DNA from: Flaccisagitta enflata
Lineage: Eukaryota
DNA length: 64,000 nt
Reading direction: 5' to 3'
Assembly: GCA_965153355.1 (NCBI GenBank)
Contig: OZ231126.1
Span: forward strand, 42,656,001-42,720,000
This document shows, one piece after another, positions 10,377 to 22,984 of this stretch. Numbering within the stretch: position 1 is the stretch's first letter; every line of letters begins with the position of its first letter. The position numbers and the translations under genes are program-made. The notes below the pieces were generated by a model, which did no database searches, had not been told where the DNA came from, and saw only the letters and a list, made by a program, of their open reading frames with translations.

Positions 10377-12240
10377 TTTTTAGTCGCTGCAGTATCGCCG
10401 ACTTCTACAACCCGCCGGTCCGTCGGCCGGTCGGTCGGGCAGCTGGGTTGGCTGGGTTGGTCGGTCGGGTCACACTTACTTTTTTTATCAGTTTTATTTC
10501 TTTAGGTCATTTTTAGTCATTCTAAGTCATTCTAAGTCATTCTGGGTCATCTAAGTCATTCTGCCACCTCAAGTCAGTTTGTCATTTAAGTCATTTTTGT
10601 CATTTTAATCGATATAGTCCTTTTCATCATTTTAAGTCATTCTAAATAATTTTAAGTTATTTCAAGTCATTTCAAGTGATTTTAAGTCATTTCAAGTGAT
10701 TTTAAAACATTTAAGTCATTCCAAGTCATTCTAAGTCATTATTGTCATTTTAGTCAATATAATCCTTTTTATCATCTTTATCATCTTAAGTCATTTTAAG
10801 TCATTTTATGTCATTTTAAGTCATAATAAGTCATTATACATCATTTTAAGTCATTTAAAGTCATTTTTAGTCATTCTTAGTCATTCTAAGTCATTCTAAG
10901 TCATTCTAAGTCATCTTAGTCATTTTATTCAATATAGTTATTTCATTCTTTTTTTACATAATTATAGGCAATTGTAGGTCATTATGCAATTTTGGATAAT
11001 CATGGGTAATTATAGGTCATTATAGGTCATTATGCAATTATAGGTAATCATAGGTCATTATAGGTATTCATAAGTCATTGTAAGTAATTATAGGTCATTA
11101 TGTAATTATAGGTAATTATAGGTCATTTTAGGTAATTTTAGGTTATTATGCAATCATAGGTCATTATTGGTAATCATAGGTCAGTAAGTAATCATAGGTA
11201 ATTATAGGTAATTATAGGTGATTATTGGTCATTATAGGTAATCATAGGTAATTAAAGGTAATTACAGGTAATCACAGGTTATTATAGGTCATTATGTAAT
11301 TATAGGTAATTATAGGTCATAATAGGTAATTATATGTCATTTCAGGTCAGGTTTTGCAATTTTAGGTCATTATTGGTAATTAAAGGTCATTATGTAATTA
11401 TAGATAATCATAGGTAATTAAAGGTAATTATAGATTATTATAGGTAACTATAGGTCATCATGTAATTATAGGTAATTATAGGTCATTTTAGATAATCATA
11501 GGTAATTATACGTCAATAGACAATTATAGGCAATTGTAGGTCATTATCCAATTATAGGTAATTATAGCTAATCATAGGTAATTATAGGTCATTATGCAAT
11601 CATAGGTGATTATAGGTAATCATAGGTTATTATAGGTCATTATGTTATTAAAGGAAGTTATGGGTAAATATGGGTAATCATAGTTCATTATAGGTAATTA
11701 TTGGTCCATATGTAATTATAGGTAATCATAGGTCTTTTTTTAGGTACTTATAGGTCATTATTTAATTATGGGTAATTATAGGTCATTATAGGTAATTGTA
11801 GGTAATCACAGGTCATTATAGGTAATCATAGGTCATTATGTTATTATAGTAATTGTTGGTATGTGATTATAGGTACTTACAGGTCATTATTTAATCATGG
11901 GTAATTAAAGGTAATTATAGGTAATTATTGGTAATCAAAGGTCACTAGAGGTAATTATAGGTCATTATTTACACACAGTAATGGAGGGTAATCATGGGTA
12001 ATCATATGTCATCATAGGTAAAGATCAGTCCATATGTAATTATAGGTAATCATAGGTCTTTATAGCTACTTATGGGTCATTATTTAATTATAAGTAATTA
12101 GAGGTAATAATAGGTAATTATAGGTCATTATAGGTCATTGTAGGTTATATAATATAGTCATTATCACACATGAGGAAGAAACGACTTACCTTAATAGTGA
12201 TTTTGTAAATGTCTCATCACACTAGTAGGTGTTAGCCTGC
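10377..12240 (+). mobile_element. HINE-like element carrying about 1.6 kb of 10-bp minisatellite (TAAGTCATTY then ATAGGTMATT)
   Basis: Starts TTTTTAGTCGC..CGACT..CTACAACCCGC then GGTC microsatellite; ends TAGGTGTTAGCC, matching the end of the 9708 copy. Confidence 0.7.
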
Positions 12241-12421
12241 TGCTCATAACATATGATATTTTAGTAGGAACAACTACAAAGCAATTATTGTCACATCTAA
12301 CTTGTATTTACTTATATTGAACATAAGAAAATATTAAGGACACTTTCAGAACATTTCAGCCTGAAATTTGCAAAGATCTAAGGACATCCCAGCCTCAGAA
12401 AAAATTTACTGGTCCTTATAG

Positions 12422-15400
12422 AAAACAAGCCCAATAGGGCAACGATGCGTCATCTTGTGAGGTCTGAGTAGAGGGTATTTAGGGGTTATGACTAAACTTA
12501 CAGATTGACCTTTGATATCTATAATGAGCTACTATTCAACTCATGATAAGGAACACTAGGAGTCACGTGGCACCTTAAAAATGATGAGTGAGAAACAGAG
12601 AGAGATAAAGTTTCTCGATGAAAGTATCTGACCAACATTTTGATGAGTTTTGCATATTGTTGTACTTGTCCTTGACATTTGTCATCAAATTTGTGAGGGC
12701 TTTTTTTTGACAGAATGTTTGAAATACTTAGAGGCAAATGTCAACCAACACACAATGATATTGGTTTTATGAAATGAATAGGTAAGCTCATATTAAGAGC
12801 AGAAGCACAGCTTTTATGAGTTTTTGGAGTAGAATACAAAAGATCTAATTTATCAAAACTTGAAATCTGGAGGTGGGAGGGATGGGGGCAATATCCAGAC
12901 TGACCACTGGGCGCAACTTATTGGCATGGAAGGAGGTACTCCGAGGTAGTTATACCTCAAAAGATGCGAGGACGCATCTAAAAATGATCAGGGGTGGTTG
13001 GTGAGTGATTGGAGATGGATAAGCGGGATTTTTGAGGTAGGGTTAACGGACATACATACGGACATACATACATACGGACGGACAGACCCTCTTATAGAGA
13101 TGCGAGGACGCATCTAAAAATGATCAGGGGTGGTTGGTGAGTGATTGGAGATGGATAAGTGTGGATTGTGGAGGGGTAGGGTTAACTTAATACATAATGG
13201 GGACATGTCACAGTACATACGGGACGGACAGACTCCTCTTATAGAGATGGTGACGATCTAAGGATCAGGTGGTTGTGGTGAGACTGGAGATGGAGGCTGG
13301 ACGGTGGAGGTAGTTAATGGACATGCATGGATGTGCACATACACATGACGGACAGATCTTCTTATAGAGATGTGCGAGGACGCGATCTGGAAAAAATGAT
13401 CAGTGAAGGTGAGTGATTGGAGATGAATAAGGATTGTGGAGGTAGGTTAATCTAGACATATACGGTGATATAAGATACATACGGACGGATATGACCCTTC
13501 TTATAGAGATGAGGACGCACTAAAATGATCAGGGGTGGCTGGTGAGTGATTGGAGATGGATAAGCGGGATTGTGGAGGTAGGGTTAACGGACATACATAC
13601 GACATACATACATACGGACGGACAGGATCTTGAGAGATGCGAGGACGCATCTAAAACAGATCAGGGGTGGTTGTGAGTGATTGGATGGATAATGGATGTG
13701 TGGAGGTAGGGTTAACGGACATACATACGGACATACATACACACGGACGGACAGACCTTCTTATAGAGATGCGAGGACGCATCCTAAATGATCAGGGGTG
13801 AGCAGGAGAGATTGAGATGGATAGGATTGTGGAGGTAGGGTTAATGGACATACATAATGATATACATACGGACGGATTCTTCTTATAGAGATGCGATACT
13901 GATCTAAAACAGATCAGGGTGGTTGGTGGAGTGATTGAGATGGATAAGCGGGATTGTGTGGAGGTAGGGTTAACGGACATACATACGGATACTGTTTTTT
14001 GCAAATTGCAGCGGACGGACCGACGGACGGACAGACTTTCTTATAGAGATGCGAGGACGCATCTAAAAATGATCAGGGGTGGCTGGTGAGTGATTGGAGA
14101 TGGATAAGCGTGGGATTGTGGAGGTAGGGCACGGACATACATACGTGGACATACATACATACGGACGGACAGACTTTCTTATAGAGATGCGAGGACGCAT
14201 CTAAAATGATCAGGGGTGGTTGGTGAGTGATTGGAGATGATAAGGATTGTGGAGGTGTAGGGTTAACGGAAGTACATACGGACATACAGATACATACGGG
14301 ATTGGACAGACCTTCTTATAGAGATGCGAGGACGAATCTAAAATGATCAGGTGGCTGTGAGTGATTGAGACATGGATAGCGGATTGTGTGGAGGAAGTTG
14401 AATCTGACATACATACAGACATACATAAATACCAACGGACACAGACTTTTATAGAGATGCGAGGACGCATCTAAAAATGATCAGGTGGTTGGTGAGTGAT
14501 TGAGATGGATGTGTTGGATTAGGAGGTGAGGTTAATTTTGACATACATACGGACATACATACGGACGGACAGACCTTTCTGTGGAGTAGCAGAGATGCGA
14601 GGACGCATCTTAAAAATGATCAGGGTGTGTTGGTGAGTGATTGGAGATGGATAAGCGGGAGATTGTGGAGTAGGGGTTAACGGACATACGGACATACATA
14701 CATACGGACGACAGATTCCTCTTATAGAGATGCGAGGACGCATCTAAAAAATGATCAGGGGTGGTTGGTGAGTGATTGGAGATGGATAAGCGGGATTGTG
14801 GAGGTAGGGTTAACGGACATACATACGGACATACATACATACGGACGGACAGACCCTCTTATAGAGATGCGAGGACGCATCTAAAAAATGATCAGGGTAT
14901 TAGCAGAGTATTGAGATGGATAAGCGGGATTGTGGAGGTAGGGTTAACGGACATACATAATGGGACATACATAAAGATACGTGACGGACAGACCTTTCTT
15001 AGAGATGCGAGACGCATCTAAAAATGATCAGGGGTGGTTGGTGAGTGATTGGAGATGGATAAGCGGGATTTTTGAGGTAGGGTTAACGGACATACATACG
15101 GACATACATACATACGGACGGACAGACCCTCTTATAGAGATGCGAGGACGCATCTAAAAATGATCAGGGGTGGTTGGTCAGTGAGTGATTGAGATGGATA
15201 AGTGGATTGTGGAGGCATAATGACACATATACGGGGACATACACATACGACGGACATCTTCTTATAGAGATGCGAGGACGCATCTAAAATGATCAGGGGT
15301 TGGTGAGGATGGAGATGGATAAGTTGGATTGTGGATGTAGGGTTAACGGACATACATACGGACATACATACATGCGGACGGACAGACCCTCTTATAGAGA

Positions 15401-17030
15401 AGCGAGGACGCATCTAAAATGATCAGGGGTGGTTGTTGAGTGATTAGAGATGTGATGGGGAAGTGGGATTGTGGAGGTAGGGTTAACGGACATACATACA
15501 GATACGGACGTGAAGACCCTCTTATAGAGATGCGGAGGACGAGTATAAAAATGAGGGGACTAGGTACAGGGAGTGATTGGAGATGGATAAGCGGGATTGT
15601 GGATAGGCTAACGGACATACATACGGACATACATACATACGGACGTGACAGATCTCTTCTTATAGAGATGCGAGGACGCATCTAAATGATCATAGTGTAC
15701 AGAGTGATTGGAGATGGATAAGCGGGATTGTGGAGGGAAGCACCTGACATACATAATGTGACATATACAGACGGACGGACAGACTTTATAGAGATGCGAG
15801 GACGCATCTAAAAATGATCAGTGGTTAAGAGTGATTGGAGATGGATAAGCGTGATTGTGGAGGTAGGGTTAACGGATATACATAATGACATACATATACA
15901 TACGGACGGATGATACACTTTCCTTATAGAGATGCAGGACGCATCTGTAAAAATGATCAGGGTGGTTGGTGAGTGATTGGAGATGGATAAGGAACAGGTG
16001 GAGGAGGTACAACGGACATAAGCATAATGACATACATACATGTTGGACGTGACAGACTCTTCTTATAGAGATGAGACGACCTAAAAAATGATCAGGGTGA
16101 GCAGAGTGATTGGAGATGGATAAGCGAGATTGTGGAGGTAGGGTTAACGGACACAAATACGGACATACATTCATACGGACGGACAGCTCTTCCGATCTCT
16201 TATAGAGATGCGAGGACGCATCTAAATGATCAGGGGTGGTTGGTGAGTGATTGATGGATAATGGATTGTGGAGGTAGGGAAGTAGTTAGACATACATACG
16301 GACATACATACGGACGGACAGATCTTTATAGAGATGCTGAGACGCATCTTAAAAATGAGATCAGGGGTGGTTGGAGAGTGATTGGAGATGAGATCGAAGT
16401 TGTGGATTGTGATGTAGGGTTAACGGACATACATACTGACATACATACATACGGACGGACAGACCTTCTTCTTACAGAGATGCAGGACGTTACCTAAAAT
16501 GATCAGGTGGTTGGTGAGTGATTGGAGATGGATAAGGTTGATTGTGGAGGTAGGGTTAACGGACATACATACGGACATACATAATGGATTTAGACAGACT
16601 CTTTTATAGAGATGCGAGACGCATCTAAAATGACTGTGGTATTAGGCATTGGAGATGGATAAGCGGGATTGTGAGGTAGGGTTAACCTGACATACATAAT
16701 GACATACATACATACCTGATGACAGACTCCTTCTTATAGAGATGCGAGGACGCATCTAAAATGATCAGGGGCACAGAGTGATTGAGATGGATATGGACTG
16801 TGGAGGTAGGGGTTAATCTGTGGGACATACATACGGACATACATACATACGGACGGATAGATCTTTTCTTATAGAGATGCGAGGACGTATCTAAAAAATG
16901 ATCAGGGGTGGTTATGAGTGATTGAGATGATAGTGGGATTGTGGAGGTAGGGTTAACGGACATACATACGGACATACATACATACGGACGGACAGACCCT
17001 CTTATAGAGATGCGAGGACGCATCTAAAAA
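12422..17030 (-). mobile_element. HINE-like element (AGATGCG subfamily) with its terminal ~136-bp segment amplified about 30 times
   Basis: End AAAACAA-GCCCAATAGGGC (stem-loop) with subTIR GATGCGTCATC at 12444; other end AGATGCG-AGGA-CGCATCT-AAAAA. Confidence 0.75.
12962..17030. repeat. Tandem array, ~136-bp monomer, about 30 copies
   Basis: Monomer TGATCAGGGGTGGTTGGTGAGTGATTGGAGATGG...GGACATACATAC...CTTATAGAGATGCGAGGACGCATCTAAAAA; hairpin period 12962 to 13098 = 136 bp. Confidence 0.97.
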
Positions 17031-17488
17031 TAGTGTATCTCAAGATTGGGATTTGGGCCTTGAGGCTAGAATATGGGCCTTGAGGCTGAGATATGAGCCT
17101 GGAGGTTTGTAGTACAAAGGAGGAGTAGCAAAATTCCCTGTGTGTGAAGGCACAGGTCAGCGACCCCTTCGGGGCCGCTGCCCAAAAACTGTATTTAAAT
17201 TAAAAACAATTTAAGAACGTTAAAGCTTTGAAACTGCCCAAAATTAAAGAACATTGAAGGCTTGCCCAAAAAGTGACGTTCTTATAAAAAAGTGTACAAT
17301 AACAACAATAAAAACAAAAACGATAACAGAAATAAAATCAATAACAGTAACAACAGGAACAGACGCTATAGAATCAAAAACAACGGCACAAACAAAACTA
17401 GCATACACATCAAAAGCAAAATAACACCAAAAAAAGCATGACGTAGAGTTCCGGTGGTTTGTTGAGTTTCGTGAGCCAGCTGCAGAAC

Positions 17489-18424
17489 ATGGAATTGACG
17501 ATGTCTCGGATTTTAATGGAGACGGCTATGAAATTGGCGGCGGCCACGGACGTCGGCGTCTTCGTGCTCGTAGAACATTCCGCCGGTCGACGCGTATTTT
17601 CCGGCAAACGTCATCTCTGCGACTCTTATCTCGCGGGGAGATTGGCGCCGATCGGCGACGACGTTGAAATGGAAGTCGACGCCGACGTCTCGGCGCTTCG
17701 GGAACGCGTAGTCGATTTGCATTCGCCGCAACAATTCACTTCGGGTAGACCACGACAACAACAGCGTTGGCAAGAACAACCTCAGCAACTGGCTTGGACC
17801 GCGTCCTTAGCGTCGTCGCGGAAGCGATCCTCTCCGGCATCAACTTCTTCGTCTCCTTCTAAGAGAGTCTGCAATAAGGAGTTGACGAGCTCGCCGCAGG
17901 AAGTAAAAGTCGAGATTCACTTCGGCGAGTCGGAGTGCATGGAAGAGAGTGTCGCGAATGGGAGAGAAGGTGATGGGAAAATGAGCGTCGAAACGAAAGA
18001 TGGTGGAGTAACGTTGACAAATGGCGTCGCTGAGACAGCGCTAAGAACTACAACTCTTAATGCCAGCTATGAAAACGACGCCAATATTATCCTCGATGAT
18101 GATGATGAGGAGGAGGAAGAGTTTCTAGGAGGCAGAAAAGAGGACGATCCGGGTGTAGTTTACTCTTCTCCAATTAACGGCGACTCTCCCGGTAATGACT
18201 ACGACATTGGTGGTTTTAACGACGGCGGTGGCGGGTATCAAGGGGATAGCGGTGGTGGCGAAGTTGCGCCATCTTCTGCGTCGGCTTCGCACGAAGTTAT
18301 TTTGTCGGACGCGGACAAAGATTGCATTTTCTCAGAGATTCTGCAGCATCCAAAATTGGAGGCGGTGAAGCGGATTTGCGATGGAGACTCGATCACCGAT
18401 AAAAACTCGGTTCGTCATAGTCTG
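17489..18424 (+). CDS. Probable first coding exon of a host nuclear protein with a divergent MADS/SRF-like N-terminal segment
   Basis: About 310-codon GC-rich, non-repetitive ORF from ATG 17489; ILMETAMKLAAATDVGVFVLVEHSAGRRVFSG; NLS-like RKRS..SKR; VKVE SUMO-type motif; acidic tract; probable donor CTG|GTTAGA at 18424/5 where GC content drops (otherwise stop at 18445). Confidence 0.7.
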
Positions 18425-18564
18425 GTTAGAGGATTTATTTGTTGATCTGAAATTTGTTTATTGACTTTCATGAAGTTTGTCTGCATGTTTGTATATCTGT
18501 ATGCTTTTATGTCCTAGACTTGCTAAAGTAATCTGTCTTTTTTCCATCGTCAGTTCCTTAACAT

Positions 18565-18796
18565 AGTGTGTGTTTGTCTGTGTGTGTGTTTGTCTGTGTG
18601 TGTTTGTCTGTGTGTGTGTTTGTCTGTGTGTGTGTTTGTCTGTGTGTGTGTTTGTCTGTGTGTGTGTTTGTCTGTGTGTGTGTGTGTGTTTGTCTGTGTG
18701 TGTGTGTGTTTGTCTGTGTGTGTGTGTGTTTGTCTGTGTGTGTGTGTTTGTCTGTGTGTGTTTGGGCGTACGTGCGCCTCTTTCTGTCTCTCTTGC

Positions 18797-18860
<64 letters not shown>

Positions 18861-18861
18861 T

Positions 18862-18909
<48 letters not shown>

Positions 18910-18922
18910 TTTTTTTTTTTTG
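18565..18922. repeat. Compound (TG)n/TTTGTC, (CT)n and poly-T microsatellite
   Basis: Directly visible. Confidence 0.95.
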
Positions 18923-18985
18923 TCTCGCTCCATATTAGACTTTTGTCAACCTGCAATGCCTCCCTTTTTTGTCCTCACCCTTGAG

Positions 18986-19235
18986 TGACAGTAGTTGAGG
19001 AAGATGATGACAGTAGTTGAAAATGATGACAGTAGTTGAAAATGATGACAATAGTTGAAGAGCGATAACAGTAGTGGAGATGATGACAGCAGTTGAAGAT
19101 GATGACCAGTAGTTGAAGATGATGACAGTAGTTGAAGATGATGACAGTAGTTGAAGATGATAACAGTAGTTGAAGATGATGACAGTAGTAGAAGATGATG
19201 ACAGTAGTTGAAGATGATAACAGTAGTTGGAGATG
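18986..19235. repeat. 21-bp minisatellite GACAGTAGTTGAAGATGATGA, about 12 copies
   Basis: Directly visible. Confidence 0.9.
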
Positions 19236-19334
19236 AATCTTGAAATCCATGATCGCAAACCTAAAGAAAAATCAGAATAAAATAAATGAGCAAGTAAAAA
19301 AATTCATCAACTCCAATCCTCTTTACAAATCGCT

Positions 19335-20088
19335 TAAGTCCTGGTAACATATTACTACATTATTAAGCTAGTATCTTATAAACAAGACTTCAAATTTAAT
19401 TCGAATTTTGCAGGGGCAGTTCAATCAATATCCTTTAATTGTATACCAAATTAAAAAAGAATTCACATAACTTTGCTACCCTTTGCCTATGTAAACTGCC
19501 AAAGTCATAGTAACATATTACTACATAAATAAGCTAATCTCTCATAAACCAGACTTCAGATTTAATTCGAATTCTGCAGGGGTTATTTATTTACTACCCT
19601 CTACTTGTATACCAAATTAGAAAAAAATTCACATACCTTTACTACCCTTTGCCTATGTAAATTGCCTAAGTCCTAGCAACATACTACTACATAAATAAGC
19701 TAATATCTCATAAACCAAACTTCAGATTTAATTCGAATTTTGCGGGGGTTGTTTATTTAGTACCCTCTACTTATATACCGAATTAAAAAAAAATTCATTA
19801 ACCTTTACTACCCTCTACCTATGTAAACCACCCAAGTCCCAGCTAAATATTACTACAAAATTAATAGGCAATAGGTAGTAAAAGTTAATGAATTTTTTTG
19901 AAAATTGGTACACAAGCTCCTATTGACCTATAAACAACACCAGCAAAGTTTCATCAAATTCTGAAGTCTGGTTCCAAAAATATGAGAGGGTTTTAAACAA
20001 ACAGACAGACAGACAGACAGACGACAGACTACACGATCAGGTCCATCACATAGTCCACCGACGAAAACTGTTCGTCGGGGACAAAAAG
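19335..20088 (-). mobile_element. HINE-like element with three ~168-bp internal tandem repeats
   Basis: Repeats start near 19335, 19500 and 19667; (ACAG)n, then terminal hairpin GTCC-ACCGACGAA..TTCGTCGG-GGAC and an A run. A related end is at ~53150-53190. Confidence 0.65.
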
Positions 20089-20408
20089 CGCCCCAAAAAT
20101 GATTTTGTTCTTTTTAGATTTGTATTCTACACATCGCAAGGACTCAAAACCTATCAGAGTTGTAGACGATCATTTCAAGTCAACACATTCCCTGTTCTGG
20201 CGGACACTGTTCCGTGGTGCACAATTTTCCCTCATGTTTCCGACATGCTAACCAATTTTGTAAGGGTGCGTGAAACTGAGTCGCCTTTTGATTCCCTTTC
20301 CCCCCCCCCTGCCATTTCTTTTTTGCATTGTGTAACAAAATCTGTAATTTCCTTCTCCATACGGTTTTAAAACAATTTTTTCTAAAGTTCAAATCATGTC
20401 GTTCTAAT

Positions 20409-20521
20409 CAGGCATTCAAATTGTGAAGAGGCGAGAGGCGGTGCCTCTCGGAAATCTCTTTAATGTTCTCCTATAGAAAACCCATATGCCTCTCGGAAGC
20501 TTGGAAGAATTTGAACACCTG
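20409..20521. mobile_element. hAT-like MITE
   Basis: TIR CAGGCATTCAAATT / AATTTGAACACCTG; 8-bp TSD GTTCTAAT/GTTGTAAT (1 mismatch). Confidence 0.7.
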
Positions 20522-20606
20522 GTTGTAATCATGTTTTATATTTTGATACCCTTTGATTTTCTCATTTCAACCAAACACATCACGATATCACTTAGCAAAC
20601 AAAGTA

Positions 20607-21446
20607 CCGTCACACGGGGCTAATCGGGACACTTTTTCTAAATTCTGCCCTGTATCTTTGAAATTTCCATAGATAAATTCCAGCATGTTCCCCCCTTAAT
20701 TACCACTGATGAAGGGGTTATTGCACGCAAAGAACCATAATCCAATACCAACCCCTTGGGTGAGAATTTTTAGAAAAAATGCTCTGTCCCGATTAGCCCC
20801 GTAGTGGGGCAAATCGGGACGCCATTACTTTACTGTGTTGTCCCGATTAGCCCCGCTTTACCCATATTTTTCCGATTTTACAAGATCTGTCATAACAAAA
20901 TTGATTAAATCTAAACCCGGTCTGACTGATATTGTAATTATGGCATGAATGCCCCTCATTAGACTTTCTCAATGGCGTTCCATGAAAATTTATTGATTTT
21001 ATGACCCTTAGTGCAAGCTAACGCGGTGTCCCGATTAGCCCCGTGTTTTTCGAAAAAAATGATTATTTACCAAAATTGAGTTTGTAAACAAACAAGTTTT
21101 CTTGAAAGCCCCTCATACATTGTCCTCAGAGTTACTGACTACTTATAGTTGAAGATAACCTAAGGTGACGTTAAGCACTTTATCCAGTGTTGAGCCAGAG
21201 CGACAATTTTGAGGCTCTGTCGATTTTTCATTTTTTCCATATTGTTAACAATTCAAGTTTTAAACTATTTAGAATGGTTATAAAACCACATAAACCGCTG
21301 AATGTTACCCTAAATTAACTAAATATTGTAAAAAGGATGAGAGAAACAATAAAAAGTTGACCGGGTTTGAAATACCACATTGAGAACCATTTTTTAGATT
21401 GCTGTCCCGATTAGCCCCTGCTGTCCCCATTAGCCCCGTGTGACGG
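20607..21446. mobile_element. TA-targeting (Tc1/mariner/pogo-like) MITE
   Basis: TIR CCGTCACACGGGGCTAAT, TA on both sides, internal repeats of TGTCCCGATTAGCCCC. Confidence 0.85.
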
Positions 21447-21581
21447 TAAACGAAAAAAACACAAAAATGGAAAGAAAAACTTTTTTTACTTCACAGGTAC
21501 CAAGACAGAAGAGACAGAACTATGCCACCTAAGTTACAGTCCCAAAGTGCTGGCCCTGTATATCTAGTCTGTATCCCTCTG

Positions 21582-21709
<128 letters not shown>

Positions 21710-21768
21710 AAGCTTCCTTTGCCTTTTTATAAGACTTTGTAAAAAGTTTTCCTTAGGCTAAATATATC

Positions 21769-21863
<95 letters not shown>

Positions 21864-21875
21864 TTTCCTTCCAAC

Positions 21876-22139
21876 AACAAGCTTCCTTTGCTTCCTGGCT
21901 TTGATGCGTCCTGACTGTCTGTGTATTGAATTTAGTGCTAAAAGATGTCCTGGATGGACAGATGGAGAGACAGACCTACCTTCTGCATCTTAGACAGATG
22001 ACTAAAGGAGTGACATCCTCATGGCTGAAAAGTGCCAAGAAATGCGTTTTTGATATGGGCATATTAGACCAACGGACCAACCAACAGACGGACAGACAGA
22101 CCTTGTAGAGATGCGCGAAGTCGAGGACACATCTAAAAA
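21876..22139 (-). mobile_element. HINE-like element, AGATGCG subfamily, single terminus
   Basis: AACAAG..GATGCGTCC at one end; GGAC/AGAC microsatellite and AGATGCG..GAGGACACATCTAAAAA at the other. Confidence 0.6.
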
Positions 22140-22192
22140 TGATAGTTTATATCCTATCAAAGATACCGACTAAGACCAAAACAAAGACAGGA

Positions 22193-22819
22193 TACGCCAC
22201 GGGGAAAACCTCTGCAGGCTGTATTAAATACTCGGTCTTAATGGCCACTAGTCTTGTCATCAGGAAGACTTCCTCTTTCTGTTTCCATAAGAGTGAAAAG
22301 AAATGCGCTTCAAAATTAGTTGAAAATCAGCAAAATATGCCTCTATAACCATTTTTTTTGCCATGAGTCTTTTCACATTAAAAGTTTAAAAGTTTTGAGT
22401 GAAGATTCAAAGTCCTGGTAAAATTTCCAATCGTTTGATGTCGCACTACATAGTTCTACTCAAAAATAAAAACGTCAAATTTTCTTTGAACGTATGACAA
22501 TATAACAACCAACAGTGATGTAACACAAAATTGAACTTTTTTGTTTCTTGACCAAAGCATATAGTGCGACACATCAAATGAATGGAAATTTTTCAAGGAA
22601 TACGATTCTTTCATAAGAATTATAGATGGGCTTCAACCATTCAACTTATCTAGCAAAACATAGAAAATGTTCAACGTTTTGTTGATCCAAAAAAAAATTT
22701 GAAGCCGAATTTTTTTCTCTGTGCTATGAAGTGATAGAGTAAACCTTCCTGAAGCCCAAACCAGTCACCGTCATGACGGAGCATTTTTCTTGACCTATGA
22801 AAGTCTCCCCCGTAGCGCG
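22193..22819. mobile_element. Non-autonomous DNA transposon, possibly Chapaev-like
   Basis: Imperfect TIR TACGCCACGGGG / CCCCGTAGCGCG, 4-bp flanks AGGA/AGGA; second copy of the body at 44304-44890; right-end copy at ~54000-54062 ends ...TAGCGTG. Confidence 0.55.
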
Positions 22820-22984
22820 AGGAGAATCCAACAGAGACCGACAGTCAGACAGACAACAATGACAGACACACAGACAGACACAGTCAGACAGACAGAGGCA
22901 GCCACACGGACAGAAAGACAGAGAAAAAATCAGACACAGGGACAGAAACAGTCGGAGAGATCAGAGAGACTATTAGATAGATAA

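Noticed and set aside
12962-17030. CRISPR-like array (regularly spaced palindromic repeat)
   Set aside because: The sequences between hairpins are copies of each other, not unique spacers; no cas genes; eukaryotic context.
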